A stretch of DNA of 53,529 nt, from assembly GCA_032718475.1 (NCBI GenBank), contig JAUCBJ010006994.1, positions 1-53,529 on the forward strand. The letters are read 5' to 3'. Positions 35,377 to 48,007 of the stretch are shown here, piece by piece. The translations under genes were made by a program, and so were the position numbers. A model generated the notes under the pieces. That model had not been told where the DNA came from. It did not search any database and saw only the letters and a list, made by a program, of their open reading frames with translations. Every line of letters begins with the position of its first letter. Position 1 is the stretch's first letter. The DNA comes from Nemertoderma westbladi (Eukaryota; Animalia; Xenacoelomorpha).

Positions 35377-35759
35377 CTCCCCCCATGCTATCTTCCCGGT
35401 GAGAAGATAGCATCCAACTAAAGTGCGCTACAATTCCGCTGGATCCCGATCTAGCATCGGGTGTGGGGTGGGTATATTTTTTCGGAGTCGGCTTTCCAGG
35501 CCGCTCCCTATGTGTATGATGTCACTACCCTCTGGCGTCTCGTGTCGGGCCGATCGTGCGCTTCTCTCACACAATTTTTGTTTCCCCAACACTCTCACCA
35601 CTCTACTCCAACTCTCGCATACTCCCGGACCTCCTCGTCCCACACTCTTCCTCTCACTTCTCCTCCCCCACACTTGAATTGCGCCCACGCACTCTTCGCA
35701 CTCCGCTCTATTACCTCTCCACTCTCTTGTCACTCCCTAAGGCTTTAATCTCTAATGCT

Positions 35760-37270
35760 ACCCCTGTGCTATCATACTATCTACCTACTGCTTACTAACT
35801 CTAACTATCTAACTAACTCTGCTAACTACTAACTCTTACTACTTCTAGCTCTAACTGAGAGCCTCTAACTTTCTACTGACTCTAACTCTCTACTAAGTCT
35901 AACTAACTCCTACTAACTTTCTAGTTCTACTAACTCTACTTGACTCCTCTGAGTCTACCAACTCTGCTAACTAGCTCTACTAACTCTACTCCACTAGCTC
36001 TGCTAACTCTACTCCACTAGCTCTGCTAACTCTACTAACTAGCTCTACTAACTCTACTCCACTCTTCTAACTACGTGGCGCTTGCGGTGCCCACAACCCC
36101 TTTACTACTACTTCCTTCTACGTGGCGTTGCGGTGCCCACAACCACTCTACTATCTGGCACCCTTTGTGCCCTTCTACTACTCAACTACCTCTCTAACAC
36201 TCTAACCCTACTACTTGGCACCCTATGTGCCCGTCTCTACTACTCTACTCTATCTCTAACTCTCTAACTCTACTACCTGGCACCCTATGTGCCCGTCTCT
36301 ACTATTCTACTCTCTGGCACCCTATGTGCCCTCTCTGCTACCTCTAACACTCTAACTTTACTACCTGGCACCCTACGTGCCCTCTCTACTCTTCTACTAC
36401 CTGGCACTCAATGTGCCCGTCTCTACTCCTCTACTCCCCCTTTACGTCTCATCGCCTACACGTGACGCTCTGAGTGCCGGCAGAGTGGGTACGTTAATTA
36501 TGTGAACTACTACTGACTCTACTAACTCTACTAACTCTCTTCTAACTCTACTAACTCTTTTTGTGCCCGGCACCTCTTGTGCCCGGCACCTTCTAACTCT
36601 ACTAACTCAACTAACTCTACTACTAACTCAACTAACTCTACTACTAACTCTTTTTGTGCCCGGCACCTCTTGTGCCCGGCACCCACCCTAATTAACATAC
36701 CCTGCTCTTACATCAAACACGCCATCACGCCCGTGCCCCACTAAGTTCAGCGCATTCCCTACTAACTCTAACTACGTGGCGCTTACGGTGCCCACAACCC
36801 TCTACTGCTACTACTAACACCCCTAACTAGCGGTACTACGTACCCTCTTACTACTCTAGCTCTCTCTACTAACTAGCGGTACAACGTACCCTCTTACTCT
36901 TACTAACTCTCTAACGGTACTACGTACCCCTTAACTCCTACTCTCTAACGGTACTGCGTACCCTCTAACTCTTACTCTAACTCCACTAACTAACGGTACT
37001 ACGTACCCTCTAACTCTTACTCTCTAATCGGTACTTACGTACCCTCTAACTCCTACTCTCTAACGGTACTGCGTACCCTCTAACTCTTACTCTCTAATCG
37101 GTACTTACGTACCCTCTAACTCCTACTCTCTAACGGTACTGCGTACCCTCTAACTCTTACTCTCTAATCGGTACTTACGTACCCTCTAACTCTAACTAAC
37201 TAGCGGTACTTACGTACCCTCCAACTCTCTAACTAACTTCCTAACTAACTCTTACTACCTAACTTCTACC
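35760..37270 (-). repeat. Strand-biased (AGAGTTAGT)n-like tract with embedded hairpin arrays (element A 3' UTR)
   Basis: Repeated GGCAC-N5-GTGCC and GGTAC-N3/4-GTACC units separated by CTAACT/CTACT linkers. Confidence 0.85.
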
Positions 37271-37303
37271 TACTCTATTATTTAATTATTTTCTTATTTT
37301 TAA

Positions 37304-40300
37304 TTAAATAATTATTTTATATTTTGTGCGTGGGAAGGGCGTCTCGCCCTCATTCCCACCCCCCTCAGTCCAAAACTTTGGACGACTAAAAACTCTCACG
37401 TGCCCCTTCTTCCAGTAGGCACTCTCCTGCTGCCCTCCTATACGTCCTCTAACTCTTCGCCACACTCTCTTCGGTGCCACCTTTGCTGGCCTCCCCCTTC
37501 GTATGTGCGTTGGCATTAGAGCCCTCGACGACCCCCGCTCGTCCCTCAGTATACGCGGTGTCTGCCCATGTAATGCCCCCCCGCACTGTGTCAGCCCTGC
37601 GTGTGTATGCAATACGCCTCCTTCTACTTTCCCGACTCCTTTGCTCATGGACTTCTCTACCCCTGGTTTAGTCCTTTCACATCCTCTCCCTTTCCAACAC
37701 TCTCCGGATCTGTGTCCTTTTACCACACATCGATGACATAGTCCGTTTGCGTCTGTGTAGGCTACACGATCTCGTTTGGGCAACGCTTGCCAGTACTTGC
37801 AACTCCTGGTCTTATGGGTTCCGTCCCGATGTAATTGACATTGGAATCCTGGATTATAGCGTTTCCTGTATAGTCCTTCACGTATCGCGCTTAGGTTTAT
37901 ATGTACCGATTTTATGTTTCGATTGTCTAGACTCGGCCTACTGGGTATATTGGGATTGTGTTTATTTTTGGTGTTATTTTCTTTCTGTCCCTGCCACGGT
38001 GTGGCCCTGCTACCAGCTAACTGTGGACTAGCAGTCCCCTCTATGGCCGCGTGTGGTATCGACTGTCCGCAAGACATTCTCTCGTCCAAGGGGTCCGATG
38101 TTCTTGCTCCTATTGGGGTATATTGTTGATATTGTGATGGGGGAATGTCACCCTGTCCCCCCCCAGCCGGTATGTTTGGTACTGGGGTTGATGTTAGTGT
38201 ATTGGGGCCCATACATCTATCTCCAATAACTCTCCCCTCCCCTGGATGTATGTTATGTCCCTGTGTATTATAGTCATGCTGCTGTACCGATATAGGCCTA
38301 CCTACCTCTCGCCTACCTACCGGTATGTACTCCGCGACTTCCGGGTTTAATCCCGTCGTTCGCGCTACCCCATCGCCTACTCTATCTCTCCCAGCATGGC
38401 CTATAATAGTATGTGCAGTAAGGCCTACAGTATGTCCTGCAGTCTGCATGTGCCCTTCCGAACCGAAGTTTATTCTTCGCGAATCTCGAATCTCCCCGCG
38501 ACTACTGCACTCTCGATCGGCAGCTATATCCCGTCGGGAAGCTTCTCTTCGATCCCCTATCCTGCTCTCGTCTTCGTATTGGTACCTCCTGTACCCCTCT
38601 CTTGGCGTGCGGTGCGTTTCTCCGGGGCGACGGCAATCTCCCGAAGTTCGACCCCACTGGCTCCCTGACTCCATCTCTACTGTGGACGGTCCGTTATCCG
38701 TCCTCGCACTGCTATCGTTCGTGGCGACACTTCTTCTCCTATCTTCTCTTCTTCTCTTTTCTGTGTAGTATTCCGGCTCGTGAGGTCTCTCGTCGACCTC
38801 CCGGTTAAACTCCACTGTTCTTCTTCCCTCTTCTGGTCGGGCTCGACGCTTCGTCTGCCCTCTCGCGACGTCAACCTGCTTCTCTCTGCTCGATCGCACG
38901 CCGCTGGGGATACTCGCAATCCCCCTATTACTCTCCGTCGCCGGTTGTTGCGGTTTACCTATTTTGGCCCGCGCATTATCCGCTGACGGCTGTGGGACAC
39001 TCTCTGCCCCCCCTCTCTCTCTACCAATTTCTCGCGGTGGGGTGTCCGTAGCCCCCCCCCCCCCCCCCCACCCGCCACCTCTAACTTCACTATCTCTTAC
39101 TACACTTCTGTGTCCCTCTTGTCGGACATTCTCTACCCCCCCTCTCTCGCCACTAATCTTATGTGGTGGGGCGCCCGTAGCCCCCCCCCCACTCGCCACT
39201 TCTAACTTCACTACCTCTTGCTACACTTCTACACCCCTCCTGTGGGGCACTCTCTGCCCCCCCTATCTCGCCACTAATCTTATGTGGTGGGGCGCCCGTA
39301 GCCCCCCCCCCCCCACTCGCCACATCTAACTTCACTATCCTTTACTTCGTCTCTACACCCCTCTCTAGTCGACGCACTGTCTCTACTAGGGCTGGGTCTA
39401 TTCACCCCCGCCTCTCTCTCTACTACTGCGTGGCCCACCAGGCCCACCTTGGGTTGGCTCAACCCCGCTACCCCCTGCCTACCAACTACGTGGCCTACCA
39501 GGCCGCCGTCGGGTTGGCTCAACCCTGCCACCTCCTGCCTACTAACTGCGTGGCCTACCAGGCCCCCGTCTGCCGGGTTATGCACGTCCGACACGCTCAC
39601 ATTAGTAGCACCATTCCCAATATTATTTGTTAAATCAATTAAATTATTAGAATTTGAAACGGGATTATTATTTAAATTATTTAAATTAGGATTGTTATTA
39701 TTTTCAAAATTTAAATTATTATTCGTATTATTTGAATTATTCTGAATATTTGAATTAATGTTATTATTTGAATTTAAATTTAAATTACTACTACCAGGTA
39801 AAATATTATTTGCTGCAATAAAGGGATTAGGGTTATCTACTACGGTACTATTAATATTAACTACTTCTGGCGTACTACTATTACCCCCCCCCGCCCGTAT
39901 GGCTACACCACCATTGGGTCTCACTCTCTGACAGTCCCAATCGCGCCAGTTCTAGTCGGCACTTCAGTTTGGCTTGATATTGCATAAGCCCCCTTAGGCG
40001 GGCATGCAAATCATCCCGCTCACGCTTTGCCTCTATCTCTCTCTCTCTCTCCTCTCGTACACTCTGCGCGGCCAACTCTACCCCTCTCACAACCATCTCA
40101 GACCGCCTCGCCGGTTCATCCTCTACTCTCATCTCCTGCTCCATACGCTCCTCGACTCCCTCCCTATACTCCCTCGCCAACTCTCCTAACCTCTCTGAAA
40201 ATGCAACATTACCCCTCAGTTGTCTCTCTAACTGTCTCTGCTCCCACGCCGCCTCTTCTATTTTAAACTTCAGATTTATCTTCCACATCCTTCTTTCTTT

Positions 40301-41122
40301 TGCGGAGGATGTAGCAGAATTATCGGTTGCGACGGACTCCCGCCGCTCCTCCGTCCTACTAGCTTTCCCCCGCCTCCCGGAATTTCCTCCGACCGACGAG
40401 ACCGAATCCTCGGAGTTAACCTCGGATTCGCCCTCCTCAGGTCTCTTCCAACCCACTAATTTTACACCCTGGGCATCGACTAAGTATGGCCCTATGTACA
40501 CTACACTAGGCTGCATACCCCTACACTCCCATAGTTCAACCAGTTCGTTGACAACTCCCCTCGCCCTCTCCTCGGCTAGTTCTCCCTGCCCAGAACACAC
40601 TAGGTAATCAAAGTATCTGTTCGACTCACCTAGTCGTCTCCTCAGTCTCACCTCGTCTATCTCAGCCCCTCCTCTAGCTTCCTTCAGTTGCTCCCGGGTC
40701 GCGGCGTAGGCCCGTCGAAGTCGATCAGAAACCCCGACGTCCTCGTCGCCGACCTCTCCTCTGTCTCTCCGGGTCCGACGTCGTACCGGCGGCCCCACCG
40801 TCGCCGTTCCGGTGGGCCGTCCGTCGCCCTCGGTCTGTGGCTGACCGGTGACATCGGTATGTCGACCCTCGCTCCGCGTCGACTCGTCTTTCTCTTCTCC
40901 TCCCGACTCGTCTCCTCTACTTGACTCGCTCTCTCCTGGTAGACGACCCCCCACATCTTGGTTCGCCGTGTTGCTCGTTATCGACGTCGCGTCAACCTGC
41001 GTCGACGTGGTCGGCGTAGCATCGACCGGCGTCGTGGGTTCGTATCGTCTCGCCGTGGCCTCGCGGATCGTTAGATCGTCGTCCGGGGTCCGCGGCGGTG
41101 TCGTTTCTCCTCCTCTGTTCAT
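37304..41122 (-). CDS. gag-like ORF of element A, split at G homopolymers (probably one ORF of about 1270 aa)
   Basis: ORFs 39881-41122, 39280-39924 and 37304-39211 break at C/G runs; BEL-type CQLH..H..C...CHRCVVKGHRSGEC; coiled-coil N-terminus; Asn-rich segment. Confidence 0.7.
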
Positions 41123-41185
41123 CTTGTCTTCGGTGGCTGGTAGCCACAGTCTGTCAGTGCAGTTCGGCAGGCCTAGAGTTAGGAC

Positions 41186-41752
41186 TGTGACGGGATCCGA
41201 GAGGATCCCGGTTTATCCGGTATTGGTTAAGTACGCGTCCCCACCGTGTGGATGAAAAGAGTTGTTGTTCTGACGTTGTCGTTAAGGATATAATATTGAG
41301 ATAACATATAGTGTATAGGTACAATAGCAGATAGCACTGAATACTGCTGCACTGGTACCGGTAATGTGATGATGGCGGTGACAGTCCTAACTGTCACCGT
41401 ACTACCTGACTGTACTGACCGACTGAGATAACTGACTGAATAGGGGAGCACCAACAGGTAATATACTGCACGGTTGGCCACATTAGTGTACTTAGTCGAT
41501 GCTGTCCCCCCATTGGCTAATATCCCACTTCTCGCCCCTTCACCTTCCCTGGTGTGTTTCCCGTTCGCCCCAGCTATTCTCTCTCTTGTCAGGGGAGTAA
41601 CCCCTGACCCTTATTGTGTGTGTCTCCTTTGGGGCCTATTGTCCCCGTTTACTGGGCTGACACGAGGTTGATTGGTAATCAACCTCGTGTTCCCAATATT
41701 GCTTTATGGCTCACTCTAAGGGTTTGTGTTAGCGGAATTGGATAAGCTAACA
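41186..41752 (-). repeat. 5' LTR of element A
   Basis: TG..CA ends, followed by the TSD. Confidence 0.95.
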
Positions 41753-44455
41753 ACAAAACTAATGTCGCGTCAGTCCAATAAAATATCTGTAAACTTGATT
41801 GTAGTTCAGTCTGTATAATGTTTACAATAGTAGTTGACAAAGTTGCTGCTTGTAGCTCAGCGCGTGGCGTCGTCATGTACTTAGTAGGCATGGTTTTAGC
41901 CTTAGAAGTAATGAGCGATACGTCAAACTCATCTGAGTCTACTTGTCTACGCAGATACGCTGTCACTCCAAAGCCGTTGCCACTGGCGTCGGAAAAACAA
42001 TGTAATTCTAAGTCGTCAGAAAATGTCGTCTGTAATGGAAAATACACCCGGGGTATGGAATAATCCTTTAATGAAGATAATTGCGCCTCCCAAGCTTTCC
42101 ATCTTGTTCCACTTGTTCGAGTGAGATCGGTTCGTCCCATGTCAGTCCATCTTTCCAGATACTGCGCATATATATTCTTGATTGCAGTATTATTGGGCTG
42201 ATAAAACCTAATGAATCAAATAATCGACTCAACTTCGATAAGCAGGACCTCTTTGTCAGAGAATCTCCTTGAGCGTCCAGTCTTACTTTCACTCGAAAGT
42301 TGTCTGTGTTCGGGTCCCAAAATAGTCCCAACACCTTGGTCGTTGGTAGTGGTTCAAATTCCAAATCAATGTCACCACCCCCACGTTCAGTCGTTTTGAA
42401 CGAATTCACCAATTCGGTGCTGTTTGAAGCGAATTTGGTGAGGTTAAAACCTCCACCTGCTAAACAGTTCCGTAATTGATGTGCTACTGTTATAGCGCGC
42501 TCTACTGTGTCACAACTCTATAATCCATCGTCAACATAAAAGTCTCGTTCTACAATTTGGATTACCTCTGGGTCATATTTATGTTTCTGGTCCCTAGCGG
42601 TTTGTTTTAGTGCTAACATAGTACAATTTGGGCTATCTCTGGCACCGAATACGCGAACTTGCATTTGGTAAGTCGCGGTGGTTGACTTAAGTCTCCATCC
42701 GGGTACCAGAGAAACCTCAAACTGTCTCTGTCTCGCTCTAATGCTTGCACTTGGTGAAACATGGCTTCGATGTCGCAAGTAAATGCTACTTGACGTTGAT
42801 GGAAGCGCATAATCACGATGAGGCGTGATTATTGAGATAATTATGAGATAATTATTCATGTTTGGTCCATCCATCAACTCAGTATTGAGAGACATTCCCT
42901 CAAAAAGTGCCATGCAGTCATTAACTACACGTACCTTTTCTGGTTTGTCGGGGTGTCTCATATAGTAATGTGGCAAATAGTATGTCTGTTCTGTCACAAT
43001 CTCCGGGTTTGTCATTCTGATAGTGTACCCCTTTGTCAAATACGTCTCCATTTGAGTATTGTACTGCAAATGGGCTTTCTCGTCCTTTAACAAACGTTGG
43101 CGTATTGAGTTTAAATGTTTTAAGGCTAGTGGATAGTTATTTATAAGTTTTGGACGTTGGTTACGCCATAACATCCCTACCTCATAATGTCTGTCTTTCG
43201 TCTGGCGGATAGTATCCTCCCTGATCTTCAAAGATTGTTTTTCTTGTTCCGACATACATGGTTCGTAACTACCAGGTTCGGCTGTATCTTGTTCCAACCA
43301 TTTGATAGTCTTCTCTGTTAATTCTTTGTCCAGAGCAGCTTGTTCTACTTGACAAATCTTTAATGCGTCGACATCAACGTGCGTTGATAAAGTTATTGGA
43401 ACAGGTAGACTCGCAAGCCTTCCGGCGTTATCATCTATCTTTGATAGAACCTCTGTCTGACTCGTCTCCTTCTCAATCTCCAAACTAACCTTATGTGTTG
43501 ATTTCTGCTCTTTGTGACCTATTATATTCGCTACGCACATCGTACTTGTAACATTGTCGTGTCTCGTTGACTGTTGCGTAGTATAGTCTCTTTCATTTGA
43601 AAAGGAATGAGACAAAGTTGTAGTTAATAAACTACATGTACTTTGTACATCATCTTCCCCATCACTTATATCTAGTGTGCGCACAGGCGCTCAAGTATAC
43701 CAACCCATCGGATTTCTACAGGCATAAGCGTTCCCTGCTACTACTACCGATGGTCTGGTTTCCCACACTTGATGTAAGTTAAATTGGTCTGTCCCAATCA
43801 ACATTGCTGCTGATCTGTAATTAACAGGACATTCTGGTACACCAAGGTGTCTAAAATACTTACGGTCCTCTAAGGATTGTTCTGGCACTGGACCTAGTAG
43901 GTTACTAAAGTCCTTGGTTGCCGCAAAGGTTAAATCCTTAAAAGGTAGCAAAGATCTCTCCTTTTCGCTATGTTGCGATTTTGGAAGAAGAGTGTCTAAG
44001 TTCAATTTAACTCTTGTCACTGGTATTGCACGTTGTCCATACATACTACTTACGGTATATCTGACGTTGTTACCTTGTCAAAGGTCCGTTACGATGTCAG
44101 CTACCTTCTCATCCACATAGCTGTGAGATGAGGCTGAGTCTAGAATGGCGTAAATACGTTTGCTCCCTTTTGTGCCCGTAATCTTGACAGGAATTACGCT
44201 GAATCCTTTCAGTTGATCAGACGTCAGAAGTGCAATCGATGGTTGTTTGTCCCCAGTATCAAAATGTACGTTGTCGTCTTTGGACTCTTCATCCGACAAC
44301 CCGGATTGTTCTGGGAAACAATCCCGTATATGCGTCACAAAAGTTGGTGTTGTTCTCGATTCTCGCGTCTTGTATGCAGTATTACATTTCGCTGCTGCTT
44401 CTGGGTGTTCCCTGGTGAAGCATTTTGTCGGTGTGTGGCTATCGGTATGGAGCAA
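41753..44455 (-). pseudogene. pol: BEL/Pao pol: protease, RT and N-half of RNase H (frameshifted)
   Basis: AILDSASSHSYV; YYLPHY, KVRVVND, SLNTELMDGPN, CDIEAMFHQV, FGARDSP, FYVDD; LHCFSDAS, PRAELQAA. Confidence 0.95.
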
Positions 44456-47400
44456 CGCGTCATGATTGCGTCCACATGAAGGACAGGTGTCCGTATTTGG
44501 ACAGTCTTTACGAACATGTCCGTGTTGTGTACACCTCCAACAAGAATCTAATGGCCGTATTTGTAGCCGTCGTTCTTCTGAGTTTAACTCACGAAACAGT
44601 CTACAACCCCTTAATTTATGACTAGTGTGTCGCTTTCCTATCCGCTCGCAGTATTGACAACCGCTGAAGTCGGCAGTAAGTTGCTGTGTAGTCTATTTAA
44701 TCCCGATTGGTGCGGACACGTTATAACCGTCAGAAAATTGTCGGGTTTCTGTTGGTGTGGCGTAAGTGACCGTCCTTGTGGATGTCATTTGTGGTTTTTG
44801 TTGGTTAGAAGATGGCAAGGTTATCCCCTCGGCTACAATATGTTGGTCAGTGTAGTTCGACCGAGTCTCCACCACTGCTTCCCTAGATATTAATAGGTAA
44901 ACGTCTTCCAATCTCAAAAATCCACCTGTTTCTTCTCGCTGATATTCGATCTTTCTCCACTCCCTACAAAAACGATGATGTAATCTCCCTATTATTTTCA
45001 ATAGGACTGTAGGGGTGTTTCCGTAGTCAAGTTGTCCAATTGACCGTAAAGTCGTAATGGCGTTCTTAATTTTGTCAGCTAATTTTAGTAAGTCCACAGG
45101 TTTAGTAATGGCTCCCCCCTTACAGATTTCTTCTATTACTGACTTGGCCATACTTACCGTACCGCCGTAAATTGAAGTTAAGCGATCATAAGCTAGTTCA
45201 AAGACGTCTGGTACACCGACAAAAGTCTCTGCTAGACGTTTTGATTCTCCCGTCAGTGTCTGAAGCAGGTAGTTAAACTTTTCTCTCGATTTAAAGGCGC
45301 ATGCTGCGATTTGAGATTTGATGTAATCCACAAATGTATGCCAATGTTTTGAATTTCCGGAGAACTTTGGTGGTTGCTGCGCCGGTAGTCCTTGTCTGGC
45401 CGCGAATTTAGCTATCTCTTCTGCAACATTCATAGTTTCGCATCCTAGGGTAGCAATAGAGTTGATTTTCCCCAGTCCTGGACGTCTTTTCTTATACAAA
45501 GTATTTCCTAAAGGTACCATCCTTTGTGGATCCTTCGGGTGTCTGGTATGTTTGAATTCGATGTTTCTCGAACTATCGGTTTAAGTTTCCTCTAAGCGTT
45601 CCTCGATCTGGGCCAACTTGTTAACAACTGGTCGCATTAGGTCGGCAAATTTTTGAGAACAGATTGCGTCGGTTGGTTGTAACGCTTTCTGTGTTGGTGT
45701 ATTTTGTGGAGGATCATCTATAAAGGAATTAGTTGAACGCTCGCGTTTGCATTCATCGGCCGCTCCTGTTCTAAACACCTCGCATTCCGGGTAATCCGAT
45801 TCACTTGAAGTACTACTATCACCTGGATACGGTGGCCGACGTGCTTGTGTCCATTGTGTCGTCTGAATTCTAACACTCCATTTCGAAACATCATCTACTG
45901 GTCTCCGTTGTTCGGTAGACTCACAAGTCTTCCTCGAAGTCGTAGATTGCGATGTAAACTGGTTAAGCGGTTGCGTGTCTACTGGTCTCCGTTGTTCGGT
46001 AGGCTCACAAGTCTTCCTCGAAGTCGTAGATTGCGATGTAAACTGAATCTTTGGTCGCGTGATGGCGTTTGAGTTTAAAGTCCTTGTAGGTCTAAACACA
46101 GTTGGGTTTGCGTAGTGTGTGACAGGTTTGGGTGTCGAAGGTTGACTCACCTGTTTAGTCATCACTAATGTAGGTCCGGCTAATAAACTACTACAATCCG
46201 TTATTGGCGGGTTACTTACCTTGACTTGTGGAATAGGCGATGACGTTGCTCTCGGCGGTATAAACTTATCCGGAATAACAAACCTGTGCTCCGTCGCATC
46301 ATGGATAGGAGAAATATTACTACTACCCACAATCGAAACAGGTTTTTTAGACGTAATTGGTTACAAACATAGGAGTTACTTGAGGAAATCGTTGACATAA
46401 TTAATTAACTAGTTCTCGTCCTTGCTCAGGTGCTCCTACACTTCCTTCCTTTATTCGTTCCTGTTTTTGACGATGCCATACCTCTATCCGGTCTAGATCA
46501 TGTCCGTCTCGAGATCTCATCGATCGATCGCGGGCTTTAAGATCCAGATCCTCCTTGGCGTTGGCTAATTCTCTCGCCTTCCTTTCGAGTTTGAAGTGAA
46601 GTTTAACCTCTTTCTCACGTTGTTCCGTTTGTTGTTGTTGCGCCTCGAACTCCGCTAGTCGTATAGCTGATTGAGCCTTTATTTGCCGTTTTTTTCATCT
46701 CGGCTATCGCTTCTGAATCTAACCTTTGTCGCTCTAACTCGGCCGCTGCCGTTTGTTGCGCTAACTCAGCCGCTGCCGCTTGTTGTGCAATGTCCAACTC
46801 TAACCTTTCCATTTCGGCTGCTTCCAACTCGGCTTGTTCTTGCAGATGAGAGATTCTCGCAACATTTGCAACGCGTAGTTTCTCCTCCTCTACTGCTGCT
46901 TGTATCGTCAGCAGCTTGTTCCTCAATTTCCTGTTGTTGTCTGTAAAACAGTTGCTGTTGTCGAGAAATTTCTGACGTTACTATACTCACCTCGCCAATT
47001 TCGCTGCGAATACTTACCAGTGATTGATCCATTATTTCCGGCGCCAGTTCTGTCTGTACGGGTGAAGTTTCCCTCGTAGCCTTCAGCACGGTTTCCCAAT
47101 CTCCGACATCTTCGCCGAACATACGTAAGTGATCCGTCAAACATTTCAATTGTCCATCCAGTCAATACAGTTCTTGTTCTTCCTCGGGCTGTAATAACTC
47201 ATCAGTAACTGACTCACCTAGCAACTGGTCCGCTTGTTCCTGTTGTATATGTCTAACGGTCGTCTTAAACTGAATTAGTTTCTCCCTGGCGATTATTAAT
47301 TTTTTGAGGATTCTGAACTGAGTGTCCGCATCCTGTCTTTGTCTAGCTAGATCTTGTAGACTGATTAGGTTATCTACGGACTTATGTACTTTACTTTGTA

Positions 47401-47782
47401 CTCTAACCTGTAGGGTGTAAAACTCGAACCAGGACATCGGAGCGGTCAACTCGTCTAATATGCGTTGGCCTTCTCCAATACTCCTGGTAATATGCGCCAT
47501 GTATCCTCCGACGTTTCTAACAATGCTCTCTTGGCTTCCTACTGAACTTACCATGTCCGTTTTCCTGTATCTAGGCTGCGGAACAGTTAGAAAATTCTCG
47601 GTCCTGCCGTCGCCTCGTACTACGGCATCCGGTACTCCCATTGGATGTACTGGTGATGCACACGGTGTAGGTTTGGCAGGCTCGCGAGTCTTCCCCTGTG
47701 GTTCTTCCGCTACTGACTTATCCGCGTCACATGAGTCATACTCGGTAGGTGTATTCTTTGTATAGTCCTGTTTGTCACTCAT
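44440..47782 (-). pseudogene. gag: BEL/Pao gag of element C (disrupted)
   Basis: Coiled-coil N-terminus; PPKFSGNSKHW..EKFNYLLQTLTGE (DUF1759-like); Cys/His boxes at about 44440-44620; 84-bp internal duplication at about 45894-46043. Confidence 0.85.
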
Positions 47783-47872
47783 TTCGGTAGTTGTAAGTCA
47801 AGTAAAATGTGAGTGTCAAAGCATCAAACTTACCGTATTTATATCAAAACGGTACTAATTACAATCCAAACA

Positions 47873-48007
47873 TATAAAATTAGCCTACCGGCCGATTTTA
47901 TAGCAAATAGATAAAATTAGCCTAGCGGCCAATTTTATAGCAAATAAATGTCATGGAATAAGTATATAATAAAATTAGCCTACCGGCCAATTTTATAACA
48001 AATAAAT
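47873..48007. repeat. Three copies of a unit of about 35 bp in the element C leader
   Basis: AAAATTAGCCTACCGGCC(A/G)ATTTTATA(G/A)CAAATA. Confidence 0.8.

Larger units (their letters stand above)
34810..41752 (-). mobile_element. Young non-autonomous BEL/Pao-like LTR element A (gag-like ORF only)
   Basis: 567-bp LTRs differing at about four positions by eye; ACAAA TSD at 34805-34809 and 41753-41757; PPT GGGGGGAG at 35377-35384. Confidence 0.95.

Noticed and set aside
36820-37230. Regularly spaced palindromic repeats resembling a CRISPR array
   Set aside because: Spacers are low-complexity and repeated, there are no cas genes, and the context is a eukaryotic LTR element
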